Source of the DNA: a virus
Taxonomy: Duplodnaviria > Caudoviricetes
Virus record (IMG/VR): IMGVR_UViG_3300032219_001723
Span: 7,139-71,138 of that record
Strand: one strand, 5' to 3'
Length of the DNA: 64,000 nucleotides
The position numbers and the translations under genes were made by a program. Position 1 is the first letter of the stretch, and each line of letters opens with the position of its first letter. Positions 45,901-55,415 of this stretch are shown here, piece after piece. The notes under the pieces are model-generated. The model was given only the letters and a program-made list of their open reading frames with translations. It made no database searches and was not told the origin of the DNA.

Positions 45901-47838
45901 TCCACCAAATACTTGAGTTATCGCTTCTTTTTGATAATCCAACAAATATGTTGGAGCATCATACCCTGAAGGCATCATAATATTACTTAACGCACTATCA
46001 CCCGCAGTTGAGATGAAATCCTGATACTCAGTAGCCTCGGTATCTTCAACATCAAAACTATTACAATTACAAACCTCACAATCAGGGTATGATAAATTAG
46101 GTAATGTAATACCTTTAAGTAATTGTTTGGGTATATCTTTTAACTTTAATGGTTGTGGGCAAGTTAAATTAACTCCCGGTATTTTATTAACCGCAAAACA
46201 TAATGATCTTAATATAAAAACAATAGTAGCCAACACAGGAAAAAGAACAATTCTCAATAATGGCCAAATAAATGAAAGAATATGAACAACAATAATCAGT
46301 GGATAAAATATTATTGAAAGTAATGGTAACAAAATATTTATGATCGTAAAAAATAAATCAAAGTTCCTTACAGCGTCTGTTGCAGGATATTTGTAATTTT
46401 CACTCTCACAATCCGTACTTGTAATCTCTTTAATACCAATAAATCTACCCCTCACTTGTCCATTTTGGTATCCATCCATAAGTTGTGATACCGTATAAAC
46501 TTTATTATATTTGAACAGATAAAATGTGTCTTCACAATTTACCGCACTATCATAATCATAATAATCATCCCAACTTAAACTAAATGCGTATGATTTTTGA
46601 ACCGCATCATATTCAGTACTACCCGATACATAATAATTAGGATCATTATTACCTGTAGTCCAACCGTGTTCCCTAATATTAGGAACTAAAAAATATGCTC
46701 GTTTAGGACCATCATCTAAATTGTTTGATTGTTGCCATTTAACTTTAAATCTATTTCTGGATGTGGTAGGAACACCAACTTTAGGATCTGCACTTATAAT
46801 CTGATCCCCAAACTCATTGGTGGTTACATAATCCATATTCATTGGGAGGTCAACTAACCAAGTACCATTATCATCAATTACTTTACCATTATTATCTAAT
46901 TCAAAGGATTCTAAGATTGGCTTACCATCACTATCAACTTGTATTGTTTGTCTAATTGTTGATATTGATCCGGGTCCAACAACTAATCCACATAGATCAC
47001 CACCTTCAGTTGTTGGTTTACAATTTCTTTTAATCTTTCTATTCTCTTGGGTTGAAACTAAAGATCCCATAAAAACCGCAGTGGGTTGTATGTTAATATC
47101 CGCTTCTTCCCTTAAATCAAAATCAACTCTTTGAATTCTTGTTAAACATAAATCAGGTGATCCCCAAAATGGTTGTACATCAATAACCTTACTAATACTT
47201 ATGATTTGTGGTAAAGTTGATAGATCGGTAGATGCTTTGAATTGTGAACCATTAACTTGTGCATCAGTTGCCCTTCCAACACGAATTAAGTCTTGAGGTG
47301 AAAAAGAAAATGGGCCCATATCACTCAAATCTAAATCCATAAAGACAACTTGTTGTCCAAGTGGTACACCCATAATCATAAAGTCACCACTCTCATTCGT
47401 TTTTACTACAAATTTATAATATTTGTCATAAACCTCAATCACCGAACTATCGGTTAATACATCAGTTTCAGTTGGAAATGTTCCTGTTGGAACGTGATTA
47501 GTATATGATGATACATATGGTAATAAATTATATCTATAACCATCCTCATTTTTATCTGTAACACTTTTATATGGATATAGGGTTGAGATAACCGGATCTT
47601 CTTCGTCTTGTTGTGATAGTGGTATGAAAACAGAAATTTTAGCGTTTGGTACACCATAACCCCCATTAGCAACAACTCTACCAACAATTACTCCATAATC
47701 GGAACATAATCTAGAATAAACCTCAGACTTAGTAATTTTTAGTGATAAAATCTCTAAAAAATCATAATCTTGTTCTAAATTAACAACTACTTGATTATCT
47801 ACACCTACCTGTGTTCGTATTCTATATGAATTTGACAT
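42943..47838 (-). CDS. Large baseplate-associated protein with an internal hydrophobic (transmembrane-like) segment
   Basis: 1631 aa. Carboxypeptidase-regulatory-like beta-sandwich start (GVIVGRVVANGG..VPNAKISVF) and an apolar stretch at 46190-46360. Confidence 0.55.
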   Translation of the reverse strand: MSNSYRIRTQVGVDNQVVVNLEQDYDFLEILSLKITKSEVYSRLCSDYGVIVGRVVANGGYGVPNAKISVFIPLSQQDEEDPVISTLYPYKSVTDKNEDGYRYNLLPYVSSYTNHVPTGTFPTETDVLTDSSVIEVYDKYYKFVVKTNESGDFMIMGVPLGQQVVFMDLDLSDMGPFSFSPQDLIRVGRATDAQVNGSQFKASTDLSTLPQIISISKVIDVQPFWGSPDLCLTRIQRVDFDLREEADINIQPTAVFMGSLVSTQENRKIKRNCKPTTEGGDLCGLVVGPGSISTIRQTIQVDSDGKPILESFELDNNGKVIDDNGTWLVDLPMNMDYVTTNEFGDQIISADPKVGVPTTSRNRFKVKWQQSNNLDDGPKRAYFLVPNIREHGWTTGNNDPNYYVSGSTEYDAVQKSYAFSLSWDDYYDYDSAVNCEDTFYLFKYNKVYTVSQLMDGYQNGQVRGRFIGIKEITSTDCESENYKYPATDAVRNFDLFFTIINILLPLLSIIFYPLIIVVHILSFIWPLLRIVLFPVLATIVFILRSLCFAVNKIPGVNLTCPQPLKLKDIPKQLLKGITLPNLSYPDCEVCNCNSFDVEDTEATEYQDFISTAGDSALSNIMMPSGYDAPTYLLDYQKEAITQVFGGYTGDANEGAGFKCSYGIVEKTDGTDVSFWSYDINLPERLNLFNTKSKYYDYDIASSYRGGPAPNRIKVSVRPDITSNVGKYHYDNVMVLMVESGTLSILSAGTIVSFVDPKFSKDPNPSKTYTDLGDSGVTGTSINTSSINVTWADPTTQFGGNNITTYAVSQSSGLKQIKFPTDIEYFQVITGYTYGDIQYLADGSWNNSLKTGFLATPTYVYSNEGSGTWNNPSSVPGSPQYTLANVQDYLSQEIIILVRGVDPNSERMNISYDISRILGKQNWGQHVVTGNYKLNIPIRNSEFTVNSNHNLVLPRHQNITSNGAGSEGKYVFYPSYSILPGNDFQTYNTDNLKYYSAMDSSVTTNSFPDNSIVGDKSAFDLTVNGEVILINRYMGMYNVNNKFVLYNPNTPTGVLRGRPYYPGEYIEGASFMFIDNFDKPRYYSYGYSYLIEANNLNFGTLVNDASRIVMRTDRLPTSSTEERYNNNSFVLHQSRSFNFSVFSDNGTIVQTSLTTTEPDNTNSAADYSGGTLQNSVVNAFACSTMTNFDCYSGSGFNFGVNPKPNDCYTNAADREILDNGCYKLVNPPIRSLFGRNNDFKLVGDWLTRFRITFASCRGIFGQTFTNSWVNGNLFAFTIQNDRFFDSNNNPYSRYCKDLVVLHDASNTYYYRSAPYNDTTNLFIGKTQHQTSWDFNINSTVQSQTQSVGNQADYLFPTTIMDLGPRESWIKEVVLNLEYEGYVMDQLPVTSFSDTSDLLSLFLISRLINKNFWQRGNIQAFFSREGDRVDGDFAQMLQINSMFGVNGFDFDNYSVTGTTSNPIYLDENVMGIFYTGNTTLRDLISPKRVVRLQDSSRIISDNIPTYSQKVPYYYWKIYNDDTDTGVSNNVIFGLENNNWEPATTQNISLSGTNFQELDRMETPYFQPNPDNPLTNLGYIFKLNNQGGYDPIIYNMNNDKILQGSPFYFYFGLKRGKSAMDRFITKYIKPVEEL

Positions 47839-47849
47839 ACTCTTTTTGA

Positions 47850-47856
47850 ATAAATA
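47850..47856 (-). promoter_or_regulatory. TATTTAT candidate phage promoter element
   Basis: 11 nt upstream of the ATG at 47838. Confidence 0.45.
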
Positions 47857-47905
47857 CTTAATTTAGTATTTTCAAAAGATAAGATTAAAGATATAAAAAT
47901 AAATC

Positions 47906-49741
47906 TTACGAGAAACTAACCGTCTTAAAGTCTTTAACTCTAACGGTAATATCTTTATTTGGGAATCTAATTTGATAAATTTGGTTTGGTTCCGCAAATA
48001 AAGTACCATCAATCTGTTGGATCTCTTTTGTCACATTATCTAAATATGGTTGAGATGTTTGAGATGAACTATACTCACCACCTACCTTATTAAATACAGA
48101 AATATTTGGTACAGATATTACACCATTTTGTTGTTGAATTAACCTTGTTAAATCAGAAATATAAATATTTTGTCCCATCTCTCTAAGAGCCGGACTAAAG
48201 AATGTTGAAACCTGATCAATAACATTTGCAATAACATTACCTCTGTTTTGTGACGCATCTAATACCACTGACACATCAATAGACACGTCAATAACGTTTG
48301 CAACGTCAATACTAACATAATCATTTATCATTCTATAATTTGATAAATAATTGGCTAAATTAACTTTCAAAGTATTGGATACTTGTTGTGTCAACGCACC
48401 ATTATTATCGTATGATAATATTTGCACGATTATTTTATTATTTTGTTCAGTAATTGCCACTTTAGCCGGTGCCCCGAATGTTGATGGCATTTTCCTAATT
48501 AAACTCTCATAATCGTTAATAGTTACCGCTCTGTTTTGAGATGCAAAATTAAATCCAACATAATTCCTAACCTCATCAACAGTTGGAAAATTGGACCCCC
48601 CAATAGCCGCAGTTACGTTATTACATACCAATGAATTTATCACCGTTTGATTTGTAGATTGTGATGGACCTGTAATATAAAAATCAACAGCACCGAATTG
48701 TGTAATAGTATTTACCCCAATATTTGATTGTAAACCACCACCAATTCTATATTGAACAAACAATGTTGTATTCGCCTTTAACGCAGAACCTAATGAAAAA
48801 TTATTTTGATATTTTTGTAAATCTAAAGGTGTTCCCAATCTTGTAAATTCACGAAGTTGGTCTTCGGCAGAATTAGTACCACCCCCAAATGTCATCTTCA
48901 AAAATCCTTCAGGTGTAAATTCAGTAATATATCTGTTTTGTGTTTGGATGTACTTACCAACTTTGGTACCCGGATTGTCTGATACTTTGGTAGGATCTTC
49001 AACAAATACTCTATCTTCCGCAAGTGCCGATACCTCATACCAACGACCCTCTAATGTTAAGAAATCTTGATTTGACGGAACATTGACAAAGTTAGTACCA
49101 TCTTTAACAATAACAGAAGAAACCCCTAAAACGTTTCTTTCAGGTAAAAACAATTCAAAAAATGGTCTAACATCCGCAGGTGTTATTACTCGCTTAAATA
49201 CTTTTGTAATACCATTAACAACAACTTCTCTTTTTGTTATCGTATAGTTAGTTAAATTATTATTGGCATCAAAATTTGGTATTTTCAATCTATTTGGATA
49301 TCCTTCGGCATTGAATGGTGATGAGAAATCACAATCATTAACCAACTCAAATACTTGTCCCGCACCTACCACTTGACTACCTCGTCTCATAATTCCCAAA
49401 TATCTAACATCCTCCTTGTCACCAAAAACAGGTACTGTTATTGAGATCTCAACTAAAGAAACTGAAGGTCTATATCCCGGTATTTTAAGACCGTATGTTC
49501 TGGCAATATTATATACTGAAGATCTTTGCTGTGCCGATTGGAGAACAGTTTCCTGAATACTTCTATCAATATGGTAATGTAAGTTATCCGCAATCGCCGC
49601 GTTTAAATCCATCAACACTGAGAATGTTGAAGCATCATTAAAATTCTGAATTAAATCGGGGTAATACGTTTTTGTAAAATTTACAAGTTCGTCTCTTAAA
49701 CCTGCAAAGTCCCTCGGAGTGTATGATATTTTTTTAGCCAT
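47906..49741 (-). CDS. Baseplate wedge subunit (T4 gp6 / baseplate J-like)
   Basis: RDFAGLRDEL...LMDLNAAIADNL...ETVLQSAQQRSSVYNIARTYG and SQNRAVTINDY motifs; directly follows gp25. Confidence 0.85.
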   Translation of the reverse strand: MAKKISYTPRDFAGLRDELVNFTKTYYPDLIQNFNDASTFSVLMDLNAAIADNLHYHIDRSIQETVLQSAQQRSSVYNIARTYGLKIPGYRPSVSLVEISITVPVFGDKEDVRYLGIMRRGSQVVGAGQVFELVNDCDFSSPFNAEGYPNRLKIPNFDANNNLTNYTITKREVVVNGITKVFKRVITPADVRPFFELFLPERNVLGVSSVIVKDGTNFVNVPSNQDFLTLEGRWYEVSALAEDRVFVEDPTKVSDNPGTKVGKYIQTQNRYITEFTPEGFLKMTFGGGTNSAEDQLREFTRLGTPLDLQKYQNNFSLGSALKANTTLFVQYRIGGGLQSNIGVNTITQFGAVDFYITGPSQSTNQTVINSLVCNNVTAAIGGSNFPTVDEVRNYVGFNFASQNRAVTINDYESLIRKMPSTFGAPAKVAITEQNNKIIVQILSYDNNGALTQQVSNTLKVNLANYLSNYRMINDYVSIDVANVIDVSIDVSVVLDASQNRGNVIANVIDQVSTFFSPALREMGQNIYISDLTRLIQQQNGVISVPNISVFNKVGGEYSSSQTSQPYLDNVTKEIQQIDGTLFAEPNQIYQIRFPNKDITVRVKDFKTVSFS

Positions 49742-49746
49742 ATAAA

Positions 49747-50208
49747 TTAAATATTGATGATAACAAAGTCAGGTGAATTAAAAACACTGTTCGTATTTAC
49801 ATAATCAATTCTTACTTTCGCAGTGTATTCTGATACATTCTGATTAGGGAGGTATAATTGTTGATTATCTATATTTTGTTGGTTTGAAACTAATTGAGTT
49901 TCTTCTTCACCGGTCAATGCGGTTATTGTTATATTTGTGATTTTTAAGTTAGGTAAATATTGTTCACAACTTTCTCTAATATCACTTTCAATCCCATCAA
50001 AAGTAGGACCATCTAATGGTTCAAAAATATATTCATATAATCTAGTACCAAAATTAGGTAAAAAATACCTACTACCCTTACGTGTTAATAGTAAGTGAAT
50101 TAAGTTTGATCGGATTTCTTCATCCGCATAATCAGTTAAATCCAAATAAGTACCACTAAATGAATCCCTAAAAGGAAAAGTTATACCGTATGTTCTACCA
50201 TTTGCCAT
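49747..50208 (-). CDS. gp25: Baseplate wedge protein gp25/GPW family
   Basis: GITFPF...IRSNLIHLLLTRKGSRYFLPNFGTRLYEYIFEP. Confidence 0.9.
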   Translation of the reverse strand: MANGRTYGITFPFRDSFSGTYLDLTDYADEEIRSNLIHLLLTRKGSRYFLPNFGTRLYEYIFEPLDGPTFDGIESDIRESCEQYLPNLKITNITITALTGEEETQLVSNQQNIDNQQLYLPNQNVSEYTAKVRIDYVNTNSVFNSPDFVIINI

Positions 50209-50213
50209 ATTTT

Positions 50214-50220
50214 ATAAATA
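50214..50220 (-). promoter_or_regulatory. TATTTAT candidate phage promoter element
   Basis: 5 nt upstream of the gp25 ATG. Confidence 0.45.
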
Positions 50221-50238
50221 CACCACTTACGAAAAGTA

Positions 50239-50457
<219 letters not shown>

Positions 50458-50460
50458 TTA

Positions 50461-50468
50461 CTCCTCCT
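50461..50468 (-). promoter_or_regulatory. Strong Shine-Dalgarno AGGAGGAG
   Basis: 6 nt upstream of the ATG at 50454; the only canonical SD among the gene starts in the window. Confidence 0.4.
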
Positions 50469-50603
50469 AAATAAAACCACTCATGGGTTATACAATTAAA
50501 GTTTAGATAAACGGCTACATGCCAGTTATATAAATAATATACAATAAAAGGTAATATTAAAACTCTAAAAATTGTACCTATCATAAACATAAATATTTTA
50601 GAT

Positions 50604-50629
50604 AAAAAAAGGGTGGTCTCCCACCCTTT
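50604..50629 (-). terminator. Intrinsic terminator after nrdJ
   Basis: AAAGGGTGG-GAGA-CCACCCTTT followed by a U-run: 9 bp stem with a GNRA loop. Confidence 0.85.
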
Positions 50630-50647
50630 GTTAATTGGTTTAATAAA

Positions 50648-52507
50648 TTATTTAATTTCACAACCTGAAGCACCACACGCAATTTCACCACTTAAATCGG
50701 TATTATCTTGGGTTTCAATAACCTTTGATAAATCAATTGTATGTAGTTTTTCAAACATTGCCTCATATTCTTCTTTCGTACAATCGGAAAAAGGTGCCTG
50801 AATGTAACTGCCCCCATCATAAGGTAGGACCGATAATCCGTTATAGAATTTTCTATTTTCCCACATCCATTCACCTGCAAGTTCCCATTCTTCTTCTTTC
50901 AATGAAATAGTTGCGGATACGTTGTGTGAATTAGATCCTGTTCTGTGACCCGGTTTAATCCACTCTTGGGAAACCCTTTTAACACGATCCAAAATTTGGA
51001 ATGGACTTTCTGTTCTCAAGATCGCCCCTTCAGGTGCTTTTTGTGGAACGGAAATTACCGCAGTATCGTGTGGTCTGAAAAATTCATCTTCAACCAACTC
51101 AGGGTGATTTTCAGATAAGTAAGAATAAATAGGTTCATTCTTTCCTACACGAATACGACGAACATAATAATCATTATGCCAAGCGTGAATACCTGATGAA
51201 GTACCAAGAGTTAATGAGGTTGTTCCCGCAGGTTTTACCGTAGTGGCTCTTGCCGCAGGATTGATACCGATCATATTTGCAACTCTTTCGTTTTCTTCCT
51301 TTACGATATTAGCCGCTTCTGTCATATCATAACCCAATACAGTTCCTGATCCAATACCTGTCATTGATACTCCGATCAACGCATCTTTCTCAGTTGTTTT
51401 CTTCCACACATCACGTAGATAGTGGAAATCAGTATAACCCGCCTGTAACGTTCCAATAAAAGACGCCGCCTTTACTCGTTTGTTAAAATCTTCTTGTGAT
51501 TCAATATCCGAAACATTAACCTCACATAAATTACAGAACTGATATGGACGAAGTGCAATTTCACAACAAGGATTTGTCCCCCAATCTTTATCATTTGTGA
51601 AATAAATACCGGGTTCGCCAGCACCTGATAATTCAACTCGTTTCCAAAGTTCCATAAAGAATTCTTTGGTGATCTTATGACGAAGAAGAACCGCTGAGTT
51701 ATTCGCTCTACCACGTTGTGGATTGTTCTCCCACCAAGAACCTGATTTACAAGCAATCATCTCATCATCATCCGCACTGAACAATGAAATCAATGCCGCT
51801 CTACGAATTCCACCCGCTAATACCGCATCCGCAATATGACAAACGATATCATGTACTTCAATTGGACTTAATCTATCACCATCCTCTTTTGAATCCAAAA
51901 CCTTTGTAATGTTATGAACACAATCTTTTAATGGTTGCGGTCCTGGTGCTTTACCACCTGATGTTACCAACGCAGCCCCTTTTGGACGAATATCTGAAAA
52001 ATCAAAATCAGGTGTTGATGTATTTTGACCAAAATATGACTTCATCAATACTTTAATCGCGTCAGCCCATCCTTCAATACTGTCACCAACCAAATATCTT
52101 CTCTTTCTAGTTGCCGATGGTTTTCTAATTTCAGGTAATTTATCTACGTGATGTTTCTGTACCGAATACCCTACACCTGTTCCACCTAACAATAAAAACA
52201 TACACTCAGCAAAACTATCCAAGTGATCTATTGGTAAGTAAGAACAATTATATACTCGATTTGGTGATATTTCAATTGGTCTTCCCCCAAATTGAAGTGA
52301 TCTCATTGATGGTAATACTTTCTTATCGTAAACCAACTTATATACTTCTCTAATTTCTGATTCTAAGGTAGGATATTTCTTAATATGCATATCCATATTC
52401 CTTGTAACCAGTTCGTCCCATGTTTCTCTTCTATTTAACTCGGGAACGTATTTGGCGTATTTCATATACACCGTTAACTCTGACAAAATCTTCTGTGAAG
52501 CATCCAT
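50648..52507 (-). CDS. nrdJ: Class II (adenosylcobalamin-dependent) ribonucleotide reductase, monomeric RTPR type
   Basis: PSMRSLQFGG, NCSY, GGTGVGYSV, TNPCCEI, TTVKPAGT and C-terminal CASGCEI. True start taken as MDASQKIL at 52507; the track's 52615 start overlaps the helicase. Confidence 0.92.
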   Translation of the reverse strand: MDASQKILSELTVYMKYAKYVPELNRRETWDELVTRNMDMHIKKYPTLESEIREVYKLVYDKKVLPSMRSLQFGGRPIEISPNRVYNCSYLPIDHLDSFAECMFLLLGGTGVGYSVQKHHVDKLPEIRKPSATRKRRYLVGDSIEGWADAIKVLMKSYFGQNTSTPDFDFSDIRPKGAALVTSGGKAPGPQPLKDCVHNITKVLDSKEDGDRLSPIEVHDIVCHIADAVLAGGIRRAALISLFSADDDEMIACKSGSWWENNPQRGRANNSAVLLRHKITKEFFMELWKRVELSGAGEPGIYFTNDKDWGTNPCCEIALRPYQFCNLCEVNVSDIESQEDFNKRVKAASFIGTLQAGYTDFHYLRDVWKKTTEKDALIGVSMTGIGSGTVLGYDMTEAANIVKEENERVANMIGINPAARATTVKPAGTTSLTLGTSSGIHAWHNDYYVRRIRVGKNEPIYSYLSENHPELVEDEFFRPHDTAVISVPQKAPEGAILRTESPFQILDRVKRVSQEWIKPGHRTGSNSHNVSATISLKEEEWELAGEWMWENRKFYNGLSVLPYDGGSYIQAPFSDCTKEEYEAMFEKLHTIDLSKVIETQDNTDLSGEIACGASGCEIK

Positions 52508-52517
52508 TTTTCTTTTT

Positions 52518-53912
52518 TTAATTGTTACTATTCTGTTTATTTTCATCTCGAGACTTACGTTTTTCCATAAGCTCTTTGATCCTATCTCTTTGCTTTTCTT
52601 CTTTCTTTTCCTCAAAGCCTAGGAACGTAACTGAACTCTCAGTATCAATCTCCATCATCTTGTTATTAAACTTACAGTTCTCAAACACCACACCATCTTT
52701 ACCCAATCGCGACTTGGTGATAGCAATAGTTGCCAAATCCATCTCCTTTTGTTGGAGAGTTTTAGCGATTGAAATAATTACGTGACCAACTTGTGCTTTT
52801 TTAATGGATCCACCCATTTGATCTGTCGTAACAACCTCTGATGAAATAGATGATCTATTACCTTGTGTTGCTGTCCAACCAGCAATGTTTAATTCGTGAC
52901 ACATTGCTTCAAATCCTCTCATCACTGAACCCTCACTTTTCCATTCATCACCAAGATTCTTGTCCGGAACGACACAATCAATATAATCTAATAATATGAT
53001 GTCAATTTTTATTCCGTCAGCAATTAATTTTCTAACTTGGTTTTTTATTTGGTTCATTGTTAAAGTATCAGATGGTAATTTCTTCAAAATTAATTTATTC
53101 GGCATCGAATTTTGAACATCACGTACCTTTTCTAATACCTCATCCTTTCTATCAGACAATTCATCAGGACTGATGCCGGTCCATATCGTGAAATGTTTCC
53201 TCTGAATAATTTTAGGATTATCTTCAAAGAAGATTTGTAAAACATTATTTCCGAAAGCAAACGCTGTATTGGCCATTTTAGTTAAGATTGTACTCTTACC
53301 CACACCTGTCGGTGCAAGAATTACTCCAATCTCACCCTTAGCTAAACCTCCATTCAATAAGTTGTCAATACCGGCAATACCCATAGGGATAGGATGTCTG
53401 AAATCATCATTTAGAACCTCATCAAGGTTACCAAATACATCAGACAACCCTTCTTCCCGTTCACCGACTTGTAACGCCTCACGAACAAGTTCTTCCAATT
53501 GATCATAGTTTTCAAACTCACCATTATCAATTACCTTTTGTGCTTTGGACATTACCTTTTGAAGTTCCTGTTGTTTACAAAACTTCAAAGCCTTTTCCTG
53601 AACGAATTGACTACCTTCAAAAGGACTATTTTTTACCTGTCCAATTGTATCCATAAGGATTTTTAACATAGTTTCATTCGGAAATTCACTCTTGGTCTGT
53701 TGTTCCAATGTATCAAAAGACGGAGTACATTCATACTTCTTATAATATTCTTTAATAAGTTGTATTAACGTCTTGAAATACTTGTTATCAAAATACGAGG
53801 GTTCAATTACGTCTAAAATACTATGAGAGAATTCTTTGTCAACGATAATCTGATTTAATAATTGTAACTGAAATGTTTGACCTAGATACTCAAAATTTTT
53901 TACTTTAGACAT
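52518..53912 (-). CDS. dnaB: Replicative DNA helicase (DnaB / T4 gp41-like)
   Basis: Walker A APTGVGKST, DYID Walker B, ATQGNR and KSRLG motifs. Confidence 0.92.
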   Translation of the reverse strand: MSKVKNFEYLGQTFQLQLLNQIIVDKEFSHSILDVIEPSYFDNKYFKTLIQLIKEYYKKYECTPSFDTLEQQTKSEFPNETMLKILMDTIGQVKNSPFEGSQFVQEKALKFCKQQELQKVMSKAQKVIDNGEFENYDQLEELVREALQVGEREEGLSDVFGNLDEVLNDDFRHPIPMGIAGIDNLLNGGLAKGEIGVILAPTGVGKSTILTKMANTAFAFGNNVLQIFFEDNPKIIQRKHFTIWTGISPDELSDRKDEVLEKVRDVQNSMPNKLILKKLPSDTLTMNQIKNQVRKLIADGIKIDIILLDYIDCVVPDKNLGDEWKSEGSVMRGFEAMCHELNIAGWTATQGNRSSISSEVVTTDQMGGSIKKAQVGHVIISIAKTLQQKEMDLATIAITKSRLGKDGVVFENCKFNNKMMEIDTESSVTFLGFEEKKEEKQRDRIKELMEKRKSRDENKQNSNN

Positions 53913-53935
53913 ACGATTTTTTTTTAGCTGTTTTG

Positions 53936-53942
53936 ATAAATA
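53936..53942 (-). promoter_or_regulatory. TATTTAT candidate phage promoter element
   Basis: 23 nt upstream of the helicase ATG. Confidence 0.4.
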
Positions 53943-53948
53943 TACACG

Positions 53949-54401
53949 TTATAGACTAATGTTCAAATATTGGGTAGTTAAATTTTCAGATGAAAAAATG
54001 TCAGTCAATTCTTTTAACACCGCTTTAATTTCCGGACGTACATCCACAGTATATCTAACCTTAGGCGGGTACACTTTGGCATCAAAATTTCTATGACAAA
54101 TTGCGTGATCGCCCACTTTTACATACATACTAAACACTTCTTCACCATCCGTGTAAGAGGTATTCATAACATTTGGATCTTCTTCAATAATATGTTTATT
54201 ATCCAATAGGTAAATTACACTCTTCATCTTCAAATCATATTGAAGTTTTTCACCCAATCCCTTAAAATAATCATAAAACTCCATTGAATTTTTAGCTTTA
54301 GGATTATAGTTTCTTACATTGAAAAATCGTTGAACTACGATGTTATCATTCAATGTCATTAGAAATTCCATCTTGGTAATTTCTTGTTCTTTTGTACTCA
54401 T
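53949..54401 (-). CDS. Hypothetical protein
   Basis: 150 aa, ATGA-coupled to the exonuclease gene. Confidence 0.65.
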   Translation of the reverse strand: MSTKEQEITKMEFLMTLNDNIVVQRFFNVRNYNPKAKNSMEFYDYFKGLGEKLQYDLKMKSVIYLLDNKHIIEEDPNVMNTSYTDGEEVFSMYVKVGDHAICHRNFDAKVYPPKVRYTVDVRPEIKAVLKELTDIFSSENLTTQYLNISL

Positions 54402-55408
54402 TTTGTTTGATTTTTTTTGTGATACATTTTTTCTTTTCTCGTAAGTTTCATAAAGGGTCTTACAAAATCAACCCATGCGTCGTCCTTTTTGGGTAAGAAC
54501 TTAAAAAACCCATCTTCCGTCATCATTCGGATCAAATTCCTATAACCCCGATCCTCGGGATCCAATGACTCTTCATAATAAGACAATACTAATTCTTTCG
54601 CATCTTCAGTAATTAAAGGATTTGACAAATCTATTATCTGTTCATTGATTTGATAATATTCTTCCCCAAAGATACCAGATTTTGTCTTACCAGTCAAAAT
54701 ATTTTTTAATGTATTATTGTCCTTAAATTCTTTCAACAACTCCTCACTTTTTTCTAAAATATACTTAACACTAACAATATCTGTTTGAACTTCAGGAAAG
54801 AATTTTACCAAAGTTTTTTCTCCAAGTCCGTAAATACCACTGATATTATCTGACTTGTCTCCCATCAAAATTTTAAGAGTTTTTGTGTTTTCTACAGGAA
54901 CTTCAATGTCTTGTAAGCTTACCCTATCATTCTCCACAAAAAATTTTCGGTGAGATGGGTTATAAACCCTTACTTTTTTATTAACTAATTGTAAATAATC
55001 TTTGTCTGCCGAAAAAATTGTCTTGTCCTCGTTTTCTGAAATCAAACAATAATACGCAATCAAATCATCGGACTCGTTGTTGGAAACCTCCAACTGACGT
55101 ACAAAAACCTCCTCCAAATAAGACTTAACTCTCATCTTCTGATCCTCGTACGACTGATACTTCTCATCCGTCATCGTATTACGTCTGTTCTCCTTATACT
55201 GAGGGTAAATTTTCTTACGAGTAGATGAATTATTCTCCCCGTCCCAAAACACAATTACCTTATCGTAATTGTTATCCTCTAAAAATTTTCTGATAGTATT
55301 CAAAAAGTGAAAAACCCCACCAATATGTTTACCATTATGATAAAATTCTCTAACACCATGAAATCCAATCTTAAATAGATTGTTGCCGTCAATAAGTAGG
55401 GTCTTCAC
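54398..55408 (-). CDS. 5'-3' exonuclease / flap endonuclease (T4 RNase H / Pol I N-domain-like)
   Basis: LLIDGNNL, ESDDLIAY, SADKDYLQL and GDKSDNISGIYGLGEKT motifs. Confidence 0.9.
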   Translation of the reverse strand: MKTLLIDGNNLFKIGFHGVREFYHNGKHIGGVFHFLNTIRKFLEDNNYDKVIVFWDGENNSSTRKKIYPQYKENRRNTMTDEKYQSYEDQKMRVKSYLEEVFVRQLEVSNNESDDLIAYYCLISENEDKTIFSADKDYLQLVNKKVRVYNPSHRKFFVENDRVSLQDIEVPVENTKTLKILMGDKSDNISGIYGLGEKTLVKFFPEVQTDIVSVKYILEKSEELLKEFKDNNTLKNILTGKTKSGIFGEEYYQINEQIIDLSNPLITEDAKELVLSYYEESLDPEDRGYRNLIRMMTEDGFFKFLPKKDDAWVDFVRPFMKLTRKEKMYHKKNQTK

Positions 55409-55415
55409 AAATAAA

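Noticed and set aside
52508-52615. N-terminal extension of nrdJ in the ORF track
   Set aside because: It overlaps the helicase C-terminus; an A-rich leader and the family-like start support MDASQK at 52507.
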